Below, piece after piece: positions 1-9,604 of a stretch of 61,505 nucleotides of DNA. This stretch comes from an uncultured virus (IMG/VR IMGVR_UViG_3300024270_000037). Its lineage: Duplodnaviria > Heunggongvirae > Uroviricota > Caudoviricetes. The notes under the pieces are model-generated. The model worked only from the letters and a program-made list of their open reading frames with translations. It did not search any database and was not told where the DNA came from. Made by a program: the position numbers and the translations under genes. The stretch lies in IMG/VR virus record IMGVR_UViG_3300024270_000037. One strand, written 5' to 3'. Each line of letters begins with the position of its first letter. Position 1 is the first letter of the stretch.

Positions 1-606
1 ACGATTATCAGTCTGAGTATTATAATATGCAGCTACAGTTAAATTATGATACAGTTTAAAAGGAATCAATTTTTCCATATCTTCCTGAAGAGATTTAAAA
101 ATTAAAGGATATTTAGTAAATAAAATAAATAGATCAATTAACTTATCTGCACTCATGCTAACTACAAGATGAGTAGACATGGCTAAAGGCAGTACAGATC
201 GTCCATCTTCATACATAATACCATGAACAAAATCTTCTTTAGCAGGACGACCCTTTTTATTAGGATTAACTAATTCAGTCATTTTATTATATAAATTAAT
301 GGATTTATTTACCAATGTAGAACCTTCAATAATTAATTCTTCAGGAGTATTATCTAAGAATTTAATAAATTTATTATTAACAGGGACATATCTCTGAGAT
401 TGCTGTACATAAGAGAATCCTGCTTCACAAATTAATGTACTCTGGAGTCTATTAATACCAGATAACACAAATGAAACATTTTCAGCCATTAATAAATTCT
501 GTAACTCATTAAAATTAAAATATTTGTCAGAATAACGTCTAAGATAATCATTAATCTTTTCCATATTATCAAATTGAAAATTTTTAATATAATAAGTAGT
601 ATTCAT
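1..606 (-). CDS. thyX: ThyX/Thy1-like flavin-dependent thymidylate synthase domain protein (runs off window start)
   Basis: Manual translation from ATG 606 (GGAG RBS upstream), open to position 1: contains FSYVQQSQRYV and YEDGRSVLPLAMST, matching ThyX SxxxxSxRY and ExARxxLP motifs; the RHR part is absent in the visible portion, so this may be the first half of a tandem Thy1 protein. Confidence 0.65.
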   Translation of the reverse strand, partial: MNTTYYIKNFQFDNMEKINDYLRRYSDKYFNFNELQNLLMAENVSFVLSGINRLQSTLICEAGFSYVQQSQRYVPVNNKFIKFLDNTPEELIIEGSTLVNKSINLYNKMTELVNPNKKGRPAKEDFVHGIMYEDGRSVLPLAMSTHLVVSMSADKLIDLFILFTKYPLIFKSLQEDMEKLIPFKLYHNLTVAAYYNTQTDNR

Positions 607-625
607 GATTGTTTGTCTCCTTTTT

Positions 626-1150
626 TTATTTTCTAAGTATAGATTTAGTATATAGTATAGTTATATTAACTAAGTCATTATAACTAATATTATATTCTTT
701 TTTTAATTCTTTTAATTTATTTTTAAATATTTTATATCTCGTATTATATATATTCTTAGTATTAGTTTCAGATAATGATATAATATGAGTTATTTCATTT
801 GAATCATCATCAATTTCTATAATTAGATAGGAGTACCATTTAAAGATATGATTTAAGAACATAACAAATTTAGATAATAAGATACGAATAATAATAACCT
901 CGTATAATTCTATAAAATCTGTAGTAATTGGTAAAATTTCTTCTTTTATTAAAGTATCAATTTCATTAATTTTATTTTTATTATCATTTACAGTAGGTTT
1001 GATTTGGTCATTAAATGTCCAATTTATTTCATTGACAGTGCCTGAAATTTTTTCTATTTTAGGAATAACTTCATCATTAAATTTATCAGTTATGCTACTA
1101 ACTGAGTCCTTTAAAGTTGGTGTAATATCTAATAAAGATGTAATTGCCAT
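626..1150 (-). CDS. hypothetical protein (N-terminal imperfect helical repeats)
   Basis: ORF with AAAGGAG RBS before ATG 1150; repeated FNDEVIP/FNDQIKP/IKEEILP segments. Confidence 0.6.
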   Translation of the reverse strand: MAITSLLDITPTLKDSVSSITDKFNDEVIPKIEKISGTVNEINWTFNDQIKPTVNDNKNKINEIDTLIKEEILPITTDFIELYEVIIIRILLSKFVMFLNHIFKWYSYLIIEIDDDSNEITHIISLSETNTKNIYNTRYKIFKNKLKELKKEYNISYNDLVNITILYTKSILRK

Positions 1151-1221
1151 CAAATTATTCTCCTTTCATAAATTCATATTATTATAAAGTTTACTTAGTA
1201 ATAAAATCAAAATAAATAATA

Positions 1222-1233
1222 AATATATATTAT
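1222..1233 (+). promoter_or_regulatory. putative early phage promoter motif AATATATATTAT upstream of the Tas gene
   Basis: The same motif precedes non-structural genes at 9401(+), 53149(-), 55083(-), 55783(-), 57738(+), with variants at 44305(-) and 45987(-). Confidence 0.6.
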
Positions 1234-1290
1234 TTAAATGAATCCAAGCAAATATATAAAATTGTAACAACCAAAAAAGAAAGGAAATTT

Positions 1291-2244
1291 TTGTTTATGT
1301 GTGCAGCTAAGAAGACCCCCAACAAGAATGATATGGATAAGACCATTGAGAATAAGGTTGAGCCTTTATTTGATGTGGCTAATATGACTATTAAGGATAT
1401 TAAAAAGCATCCTATTAAAGATGATGAAATTCGTAATGCAATTGAAGTATATTACGATATGCAAGATATTCGTATTAGAACTGGTAATCGTAAAAGTGCA
1501 GTTGCTAGAGAAGAATTGAAGAAGATGAAAGAGGAAGCTATTCAGAATGGAAAATCTGTTGATACTATCGATTGTGAACAGCCTGTTTATCTTCAATATA
1601 TTGAAAACCAGTTTAAAGAAACTGAAACAACAATTTCTAAGTTCCTTGGTTATTATGCAAAATCTCATCCTATCGGAAAATGGATGCTTAGTATCAAGGG
1701 TGTTGGTCCTGTCATTGCTGCAGGTATGCTTGCATATATTGATATTAAAAAATGTAATACTGCAGGTTCCATTTGGAATTATGCTGGCTGGGATGGTTCT
1801 CGTAAAGTTAGAACTGCTGGACAAAAAATTACATGGAATCCTAAATTTAGAGTTTTGTGTTGGAAACTTGGTGAATCCTTTGTAAAAACTTCTAATAATA
1901 AAGATGATATTTATGGTCATCTTTATAGAGAAAAGAAGTCTTGGTATGAAGCTAAAAATGAAGCAGGTGGATTTGCAGAAAAAGCTGCAGAAGAATTGAA
2001 GTTAAAGAAATATGGTAAGGATACTGAAGCTTATAAGTGGTATAGTAATGGTAAGCTTCCTCCTGCTCATATTAATGCAATGGCTAAAAGATTTGCAGTT
2101 AAAATTTTCCTGAGTCATTTGTTTGAAATTTGGTATGAATATGATAGAGGAGCAAAAGCTCCTAATCCTTTTGTGCAGGATCATCTTGGTCATGTACATA
2201 TTATCCATGCACCTAATAGAGAAATTGTATTTCCGGATGAATAA
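1291..2244 (+). CDS. tasA: TasA-like TIGR-associated protein (IS110/Nop-domain RNA-binding protein, no RuvC/HNH nuclease)
   Basis: IS110-type coiled coil (IRNAIEVYYDMQDIRIRTGNR) and Nop/Transposase_20-like motif (MLSIKGVGPVIAAGMLAYID...SIWNYAGWD...WNPKFR); no N-terminal DEDD RuvC; directly followed by a dual-repeat 36-nt array. Start may be ATG 1297. Confidence 0.85.
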   Translation: MFMCAAKKTPNKNDMDKTIENKVEPLFDVANMTIKDIKKHPIKDDEIRNAIEVYYDMQDIRIRTGNRKSAVAREELKKMKEEAIQNGKSVDTIDCEQPVYLQYIENQFKETETTISKFLGYYAKSHPIGKWMLSIKGVGPVIAAGMLAYIDIKKCNTAGSIWNYAGWDGSRKVRTAGQKITWNPKFRVLCWKLGESFVKTSNNKDDIYGHLYREKKSWYEAKNEAGGFAEKAAEELKLKKYGKDTEAYKWYSNGKLPPAHINAMAKRFAVKIFLSHLFEIWYEYDRGAKAPNPFVQDHLGHVHIIHAPNREIVFPDE

Positions 2245-2261
2245 TCCGGAAATACTTTTTT
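2227..2261 (+). terminator. 12-bp hairpin plus U-tract between tas and the array
   Basis: GTATTTCCGGAT-gaata-ATCCGGAAATAC followed by TTTTTT. Confidence 0.6.
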
Positions 2262-2267
2262 AATAAT

Positions 2268-3019
2268 ATTTAATCATCAACGAAAATAGTATCAATTGTC
2301 CGAAATGAATCATATGGAGGGATAGTATCAATTAAAATTAATGAATCATTAAGAAAGATAGTACCTTAAATGCTCAAATGAATCAGTTCACCTAATTGTA
2401 TCAGGGAGATATAACTGAATCAAATTTCCTTAAAGTAGTATACAATAATAGTGAGTCATATCATCGTATAGTATCAGTGGAATTAATCGAATCATTGCAG
2501 TTTATAGTAACACGAATCAACAATGAATCAGTTTGTGGATTTAGTATCATAGTATGTGTAATGAATCATGTCAATTTTTAGTATCTGAGAACTGAAATGA
2601 ATCAAGAGGATGATTATAGTATCGTCTCCTCCTAATGAATCAGGAAACCTCATAGTATCACGGATACATAATGAATCATCCACCATAATTGTATCAATCC
2701 CTATAAAAAATTAATAAAATCATTGCTAAAGTTAGTATCTAAGGAATAATTAATGAATCAGGTTCCACAAAAAGTATCATGCGATATTAATGAATCATCA
2801 ATCAATATAGTATCAATCTATGAAAATGATAAACCAGACAAGCAAAAAATATCATTTTCTTCTAATGAATCAGAAATCTGATAGTAACATATTATGGCAA
2901 TGAATCAGATGATTTTATAGTACCACGACATTGAAAATATATTAATAAATCATACCACCTCTTTTTTAGTATCAATATCCAAGAATGAATCAAATTCCAG
3001 TTGAGTAAATAATGAATCA
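2268..3019 (+). repeat. TIGR-type tandem interspaced guide RNA array, about 20 units of ~36 nt (edge AATGAATCA, spacer A 9 nt, loop ATAGTATCA, spacer B 9 nt)
   Basis: Edge repeats start at 2268, 2304, 2340, 2377, 2414, 2450, 2486, 2522, 2560, 2596, 2634, 2670, 2714, 2752, 2789, 2825, 2864, 2899, 2944, 2984, 3011, alternating with ATAGTATCA variants; intervening ~9-mers are all different. Confidence 0.9.
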
Positions 3020-3051
3020 TTATAGTGAACTAGATTATTATACTTAGAAAT

Positions 3052-3101
3052 AAAAAAATAATACCGAATAGTCAATTAAGACTATTCGGTATTATTTTTT
3101 T
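3052..3101. terminator. bidirectional intrinsic terminator closing the array and tmk
   Basis: AAAAAAATAATACCGAATAGTC / GACTATTCGGTATTATTTTTTT perfect inverted repeat between convergent units. Confidence 0.85.
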
Positions 3102-3780
3102 ATTTCATTATTTTTTTAGTTTCAAAGTAATTATCAATAATTTTTACTATATCATTATGAATATTTTCTATGCTCCTCATACCAGATTCATCAACACAAT
3201 TTACAACTTTCCATCCACAGTATTCAATAATTTCAGTCTTTACAGACTCAATATTTTTGAAAATGCTTTCATCTTCATGTATATCCAGTACTTGCTGGGT
3301 GCCATTTAAATTCTTTTTTAATTGTTCAGTAGGAGCATCTAAATATATAACTAAATTCGGTTCTGGAATATTTAATTTAGAATATTCTAAATCTTCTATA
3401 TTATTAATATAATGATATACATCTTCCATTGTACCACCATTATGAATAATCAATGTAGACATATGTAGAATATTACTAGTTGTATATCTATCACAAATTA
3501 ATGGAATATACGGCTCATAATATTTAGAGAACCATATATTCCGATCCATAGTATATAACATACTAATTTTATTAATTCTATCTAAAGGTTCTAATCCTTT
3601 AAACATATTTTCAAATTCACCATTAAGATATTTTGTTATGAAAAATCCTGTTGTACTATTATAATTAGGAAATTTCATAAATTTAAACTCTTTATATTTT
3701 TCTTTTAGTAAACCAATTTGTGTAGTTTTTCCTACACCATCAGCTCCATCAATTACAATAATATCTTTATTAAATTTCAT
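3100..3780 (-). CDS. tmk: thymidylate (dTMP) kinase
   Basis: P-loop IDGADGVGKTTQ, FP motif, ICDRYTTS, PNLVIYLDAP, DIHE. Confidence 0.9.
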   Translation of the reverse strand: MKFNKDIIVIDGADGVGKTTQIGLLKEKYKEFKFMKFPNYNSTTGFFITKYLNGEFENMFKGLEPLDRINKISMLYTMDRNIWFSKYYEPYIPLICDRYTTSNILHMSTLIIHNGGTMEDVYHYINNIEDLEYSKLNIPEPNLVIYLDAPTEQLKKNLNGTQQVLDIHEDESIFKNIESVKTEIIEYCGWKVVNCVDESGMRSIENIHNDIVKIIDNYFETKKIMK

Positions 3781-3781
3781 A

Positions 3782-4291
3782 TTAATCTCCTTTTAATAAA
3801 TTATATTGATAATTATTATTTAATTCCTGTAAATCATATTTCATATTATGATTATTACATAAATTTTTGATTAAATAATGAATATTGATGAATTCATCAA
3901 TATTCTTCTTTTTTATATTATTAGTTAATATATTAATAGTATTTGATATTTCAATATGTTCTTTAGGAGATAGTATATAGTTAGAATTAATATAATCTAA
4001 ATTATTGATAGTTTCTTTAATATTATTTTTAGATAGATATATTAATTCATCAATATATTTTTTATCACTATTTCTAATTATGAAATTTTTATATTCAATT
4101 AAATAATAATCTTCACTATACTGAATTAAATATTTATTAACTTTAGATATATCTGTATATTCTTTTAGAATATAATCTTTTTTATCATATTCATTTTGTA
4201 GAATAAATAATTTCATATGATATTTAAATTCTGTAATAGCTATTACAGAATTATTAATTTTAGATTTTAATACTAATAATTTATTTTTCAT
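3782..4291 (-). CDS. hypothetical protein
   Basis: 169-aa ORF with GAGG RBS, abutting tmk. Confidence 0.6.
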   Translation of the reverse strand: MKNKLLVLKSKINNSVIAITEFKYHMKLFILQNEYDKKDYILKEYTDISKVNKYLIQYSEDYYLIEYKNFIIRNSDKKYIDELIYLSKNNIKETINNLDYINSNYILSPKEHIEISNTINILTNNIKKKNIDEFINIHYLIKNLCNNHNMKYDLQELNNNYQYNLLKGD

Positions 4292-4320
4292 ATTTTTATT
4301 TCCTCATTTTTAAAATTTTC

Positions 4321-4502
4321 TATTATTAATAATATAATATTATTATAATATATTAATAATATATATTTATATAATTATATTAATATTATAATAATATATT
4401 ATTATAATATTATTTATATTAATATATTATTTATTTATATAATTATTATATTAATTATTTATATATTTATATTAATATATTATTAATAATAATTTTTTAT
4501 TT
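4321..4502. other. 182-nt tract containing only A and T; candidate origin/DNA-unwinding element
   Basis: No G or C from 4321 to 4502; lies in a divergent intergenic region. Confidence 0.45.
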
Positions 4503-4663
4503 CTTTTCTTTCCCCGATCCCCCAATCCGGAATTTTTCTTTTCTTATCTAAAGGCCCCTTCTACCTTTTTTAATTTTATGTTATAGTTGTAATTAAAAAT
4601 AATTTATTTTTTTATTTTAAATTATTTTCTATTATTTTTCAATTATAACTAAAACAAAAAAGT

Positions 4664-4915
4664 AATGACTTCAAGGTTATATCTATTGATTATAACCAGT
4701 TACGATTTCAGGACGCTATAGTCGAGTTTTAAGCGACCTAGATCCACCTTCTATAGTATGAAACACTTTTTATGGTCAATCTATTATTGGTACCGCCCAA
4801 TAATAAGTGAGACACCCCGACTGTCGTATGACACTTATTAAAATAAATTCTCAATATAATAATACTGATTATATATGTTGAAAATAGCGTATATATCTTT
4901 ATTATTATATTGAGA
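4664..4915 (+). ncRNA. candidate structured non-coding RNA or leader upstream of the RNAP beta gene
   Basis: Follows AACA-N6-TA at 4653; several hairpins including a 16-bp perfect inverted repeat 4849-4864/4900-4915 with a G-U-containing inner stem; no ORF. Confidence 0.35.
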
Positions 4916-4945
4916 GTCTACTTTTTACTACATATTTACACATTT

Positions 4946-4957
4946 AACAATTGTGTA
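4946..4957 (+). promoter_or_regulatory. putative late promoter AACA-N6-TA
   Basis: AACAattgtgTA; the same spacing recurs before most structural genes. Confidence 0.65.
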
Positions 4958-4992
4958 ATAGTAGGTTTTTCTAATCAAAAATATATAAAGAG

Positions 4993-7782
4993 GTGAATTT
5001 TATGATTGTTATAAATAACATACCTCACTTACGAGTATATAGACAAAAAGTTTATTTACCTAGAGATACAAATGCAGCATCTATGTATAATATTGTATTT
5101 AGTAATAATTTAAACACTGAAGATGCTATCAATCTTATCATGCATCCTCTATTAGTAACTAATTCTAAATATCTTACTTACTTTATTGAGCCTATATATA
5201 AACAAAAAATTCACAATAAAATGGTATATGTCAATTATCGTGAACAAGCTAAAAATATTAGTCAAGATATTAAAGAGAAAATTAGTTTAATTAAAACACC
5301 TAATAGATTTGATTTGGTAAATAATCGTAATGTTTATTATGATTTACAAGTATTTAATAATATCTTTTTTGATAATTTGAAAAATATAAATATTAAACTT
5401 AAGATGGAGTTGTATTTTGATTATTTAAAAGTGTTAATCAATAATCCTCAATTTAATCAATATAAAACTAAAATGGTTTTTATTGATGTAGAGTCTTGGT
5501 TTAAAAATGGTAATCAAATAAATAACCCCGTATCCTATTTGTTATTATCTTATAGGAAATATTTTGAAATTTTTAAATCTTTAGGTAATATAGATTTCTA
5601 TTTATATTCTAAGAATATGATTATGAGAATGAATCCTTCTCTTTGTGAACAAAATCATCTTAGTATATTTAAAAGAGAATTAAGTAAATTGACACCTGTA
5701 ATGAATTTTGAAGATGATGAAGCGTTAGATAATGCCATTCAGAGACAAGATATCAAAGATGTTGTATCTAAAGATTTAAATGATAAATTAGGATTTACTG
5801 GAGTAAATACATTACCCATTGATGATCCAAATAATCCTTTAGTTGACCCGGATCAATTTATTGATGATGAAACTGAAAGAGATGATAATGACGATATTAA
5901 GATGATCGTTAATCAAAAAATTGATTCTGAGTTAGATAAAATTCAGGAAGAAGAACCTGAATTAGATCCTGAAAAAATCGAACTCAAATTACATCGTAAA
6001 TTGGATGAAGATGAAGAATTACTCAGCACAATGCACGATTTAATAAGAGAGAAAAAAACAGGCAAATCTACAGCCTCTATTAAACGAGATCAAGAATTAA
6101 GAGAAAAACAAAAAAAGATCAAAGTAAATAATAGAACTGTGGATGATTATATAAATGATAAAAGTATATCATCTATTAAATTATCTTCAAATGATGTATC
6201 TAAAAAAGTTACAACTACCAATTCTAATGTTACTAATGTTAGATTTACTAACTTTGAAAAGGAATATAATGATAATGTAATGCAACACGATACGATGAAT
6301 GTATTAGCAGCATTAAATGATAAATCTATTCCTGTATATATTAAAGATATTAAAATTGAAGATAGTAGTGATGAATTAAATTATAAAGATACTTATAAAG
6401 TAGTATTAGAAGATGAAAATAGAATTAGACATAACTTAACTTTTGATGTACCTAAATTTGTTGATGATAAGTTCTTATATTTAAATGGTAGTAAGAAAAT
6501 TATTACTAAGCAGTTATTTATGAAACCTATCGTAAAAACTGGTGAATCTGAAGTACAGGTTTGTTCGAATTACAATAAAATTTTCATCCGTCGACATGGT
6601 GTCAACATGTCACCCAAAATTGAAAAATTTAAAAAAGCTATCGCTTCCAATGTACTAGGAATCAAGGTACAAAATGGTGATGCTTCAAAGATAAACAATA
6701 ATTACAAAACTACATTAGAGTATGATGAACTTTCAAAAAGTTATATTTCCGTTAAATGTAGTAAAGCTGAATTTATATTTGATCAGAATATAGTTCAGAG
6801 TAGATTAAGAAAGCCATTAACTAATGATCAGATGTGTGTAGGTTTTTATAGTAATAATGAACCTATTATTTTAACATATGAAGATGAAAAGATTAATGGT
6901 GTAGAATTTATTGATTTTATTGTCCAAACTTGTGGACCTAAATTACAAGAAATTTATGATGATGTAAATGTTAGCACTAAGAAATATATTTTCTCTAGAG
7001 CTACAATCATGGCTAAAGATGTACCTTTAGTTTTACTTTTAGGTTACTGTGAAGGCTTAACAACTGTTATGAAAAAAGGTAATATTAATCATTACTTCAC
7101 AGATAAGAGACCTAAATTAACTGATAAACAAAATAGTATTCAGTTTGAAGATGGATATTTAGTATTTGATATGTATCCATTAGAAAATTCATTATTAATG
7201 AGTGGATTACAAATAATTCCTACTAAATCTTTTAAATATGAAGAATTAGATAGTAAAGATATTTATCTTGAATTATTTGACGCTATGTATCATGCTAGAA
7301 ATCTTTCTAATGCATTTGATTCTTTCTATGAATTTATGATTGATCCTATCACTAAAGAAGTATTAAATGATTTGGATTATCCTACAGATTTTGTATCTGT
7401 ATTACTTTTTGCTAATGCTTTATTAGCAGATAACTCTTATATCATTGAAAATAATATGAATCTTTACAGAGTAAGATCTAATGAAATCATTAATGCTATT
7501 ATTCATAGAGAATTAGCAGATGCTTATGCTGCTTATAGAGTAACTGCAAATGCAAAGAATCCTACAAAGATTTCTATCCCTAAAGATGCAATTATTAAGA
7601 AAATTCTTATGACAAATACTGTTGAAGAATTTTCTACCCTTAATCCTATATATGAATCTGAAAAATTACGTACTATTTCTACAAAAGGTGTAAATGGTAT
7701 GAATTTGGATAGAGCATATACATTAGACAAACGTTCTTATGATCCTACAATGATGGGTATTATAGGAATGTCATCGTCACCT
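4993..7782 (+). CDS. phage multisubunit RNA polymerase beta-like subunit (probably virion RNAP), exon 1
   Basis: Beta motifs FLYLNGSKK, LYRVRSNE, NPIYESEKLRTISTKG, RSYDPTMMGIIGMSSSP; joins in frame with exon 2 to give 1381 aa. Confidence 0.85.
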
Positions 7783-8033
7783 AAAAGCAATTGGGTGAGT
7801 AATATAGTAATATATTACATGAATCTCTCTTAATTTCTGGGAAATCTATTTATAGATAATCAGAAGCCAAGACCAATTATATATTGGTAAGGTTCAACGA
7901 CTAAAGTATTTAAATGAATACTAATGGAGAGCTCCTTTAATAAAGGATGAAGATATAGTCTAAACTATATAGTAATATATAGAAGCTATTAAATTAGCTA
8001 TATAGAATTAATACTTCTATATGAATATAATTG
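7783..8033 (+). mobile_element. group I self-splicing intron (251 nt, no homing endonuclease)
   Basis: P1 TCACCT/GGGTGA with U-G at the 5' splice site; core AATCAGAAGC, GTTCAACGACTA, AAGATATAGTCT; terminal G; splicing restores SSSP|DANVGV (beta TPEGxNIGL equivalent). Confidence 0.9.
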
Positions 8034-9389
8034 GATGCAAATGTTGGTGTTGCTAGAAAATTAGCTTTAGAGCCTAATATTAAAGGTCCTAGAGGATATT
8101 TAGATATCAATGATGATAATTCTAAATTAAGCGATGCTAACTTATTTACTGCCGCTGAAATGTTAACGCCTATGGGTAATACTCATGATGAAAGTATTAG
8201 ACTTGCGATGGCGTCAAAACAGAGCGGCCACATCATTCCTGTTGAAAAATCATCACCGGTTTTAATTTCTAATGGTGTAGAACAAACTATTCAATATAGT
8301 TTATCTAAAGATTTCATTGTTACTGCTGAAGATGATGGTGAAGTTGTAGAATTAGATGATAAAACTGGTCTTATGATTGTTAAGTATAAAAATGGTAAAT
8401 CACAAGCTATTGATATTAAACCTAGAGTTGTTAAAAACTCTTCTTCAGGTTTCTATATTTCTAATAAATTAGATACTAATTATAAGCTTGGTGATAAAGT
8501 TAAGAAAAATGATATCTTAGCTTATGAAAATAAATTCTTTACTCAAGATGGTCATAATGGTAATAGATTTAATATCGGATCATTACAAAAAATTGCCATT
8601 ATGTCAGCATATTCTACTTATGAGGATAGTACATTTATCACTCATAAAATGTCAAAAGAAATGTCTTCTGAGATAGTTATGATGAAAGATGTTATTATTG
8701 GTAAAAATGCTAATGTTGATCATATGGTCAATATCGGTGATCAAGTCCATGTTGGTGATATCTTAGTATCTTTTGAAACTTCTTATGAAGATGATCAATT
8801 AAATAAATTCTTAGCCTCTGTTGGTGATGAATTAAAAGAAGAAATTAAATCTCTTGGAAAAGTTCCTATTAAATCTAAATATAGTGGTGTAATTGAAGAT
8901 ATTAAAATCTATAGTTCAGTGGACTTAAAAGATTTGTCTCCTAGTTTACAAAAAATTGTAAAAGCCTATTATGATAAAATCAATAAGAAGAAAAAACTTA
9001 TTGAGAAATATGATAAGAGTGATGGTATCATTAAAGCAGGTATGTTATTTAATGAACCTACCGGTAAAATCCTTCCTACTGCTGATGGTAAGTTAAAAGG
9101 TAAAGAAGTATTTGATGGAGTATTAATTGAATTTTATATTAAGTATCACGATTCTATGGGCGTTGGCGACAAGCTCACTTTTTACAGTGCATTAAAGTCG
9201 ATTGTCGGTGAAGTTATTGAAGAAGGTTATGAACCTTATTCTGAATTTAGACCTGATGAAGAGATTTCAGCCTTTGTAGGTCCTTCTGCAGTTTTACAAC
9301 GTATGGTTCCTTCAATTATCTTTACTATGTTTGGTAATAAAGTTCTTATTGAATTAAAACGTAAATTACAAGAGATTTATGAAAAATAA
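8034..9389 (+). CDS. RNA polymerase beta-like subunit, exon 2
   Basis: HDESIRLAMASKQ, YEDS, GVGDKLTF...KSIV, PSAVLQRM; the protein stops before the usual beta C-terminus, as in split jumbo-phage RNAPs. Confidence 0.85.
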   Translation, partial: DANVGVARKLALEPNIKGPRGYLDINDDNSKLSDANLFTAAEMLTPMGNTHDESIRLAMASKQSGHIIPVEKSSPVLISNGVEQTIQYSLSKDFIVTAEDDGEVVELDDKTGLMIVKYKNGKSQAIDIKPRVVKNSSSGFYISNKLDTNYKLGDKVKKNDILAYENKFFTQDGHNGNRFNIGSLQKIAIMSAYSTYEDSTFITHKMSKEMSSEIVMMKDVIIGKNANVDHMVNIGDQVHVGDILVSFETSYEDDQLNKFLASVGDELKEEIKSLGKVPIKSKYSGVIEDIKIYSSVDLKDLSPSLQKIVKAYYDKINKKKKLIEKYDKSDGIIKAGMLFNEPTGKILPTADGKLKGKEVFDGVLIEFYIKYHDSMGVGDKLTFYSALKSIVGEVIEEGYEPYSEFRPDEEISAFVGPSAVLQRMVPSIIFTMFGNKVLIELKRKLQEIYEK

Positions 9390-9604
9390 AATAAAAAATA
9401 AATATATATTATTTATACAGTAGATATAATAGATTATTCATTTTATATAAGGAAGAATCTTATTAGATTTTATATATTATGAATTGATAAAGGAATGCTG
9501 TAGTAAAAAGTTATTATAGTATTAACTTTATTATAAAAGATCTATTGTATAAATGAGTTGATATTAAGAGTTAATGTTAATCTTAATCTGTAAGGAGTTT
9601 ATTT

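Noticed and set aside
1291..2244. Active IS110 transposase or insertion sequence
   Set aside because: Lacks the N-terminal DEDD RuvC domain and canonical serine loop; the adjacent non-coding DNA is a multi-unit array rather than a single bridge RNA
2396..2581. 61-aa ORF in the track
   Set aside because: TTG start without RBS, inside the repeat array; recurring NES/VS residues simply mirror the 36-nt period
2605..2633. RBS-like or self-complementary spacers (AGAGGATGA / TCTCCTCCT) as anti-Shine-Dalgarno guides
   Set aside because: Only a few spacers are purine-rich; with 9-mers this is compatible with chance
2268..3019. CRISPR array
   Set aside because: Repeats are 9 nt and of two alternating types with 9-nt spacers; no 23-50 nt repeat and no cas genes in the window
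7783..7833. C-terminal KSNWVSNIVIYYMNLS of the 946-aa ORF and the TTG start at 8031
   Set aside because: Both are intron sequence; the spliced frame restores the conserved beta motif
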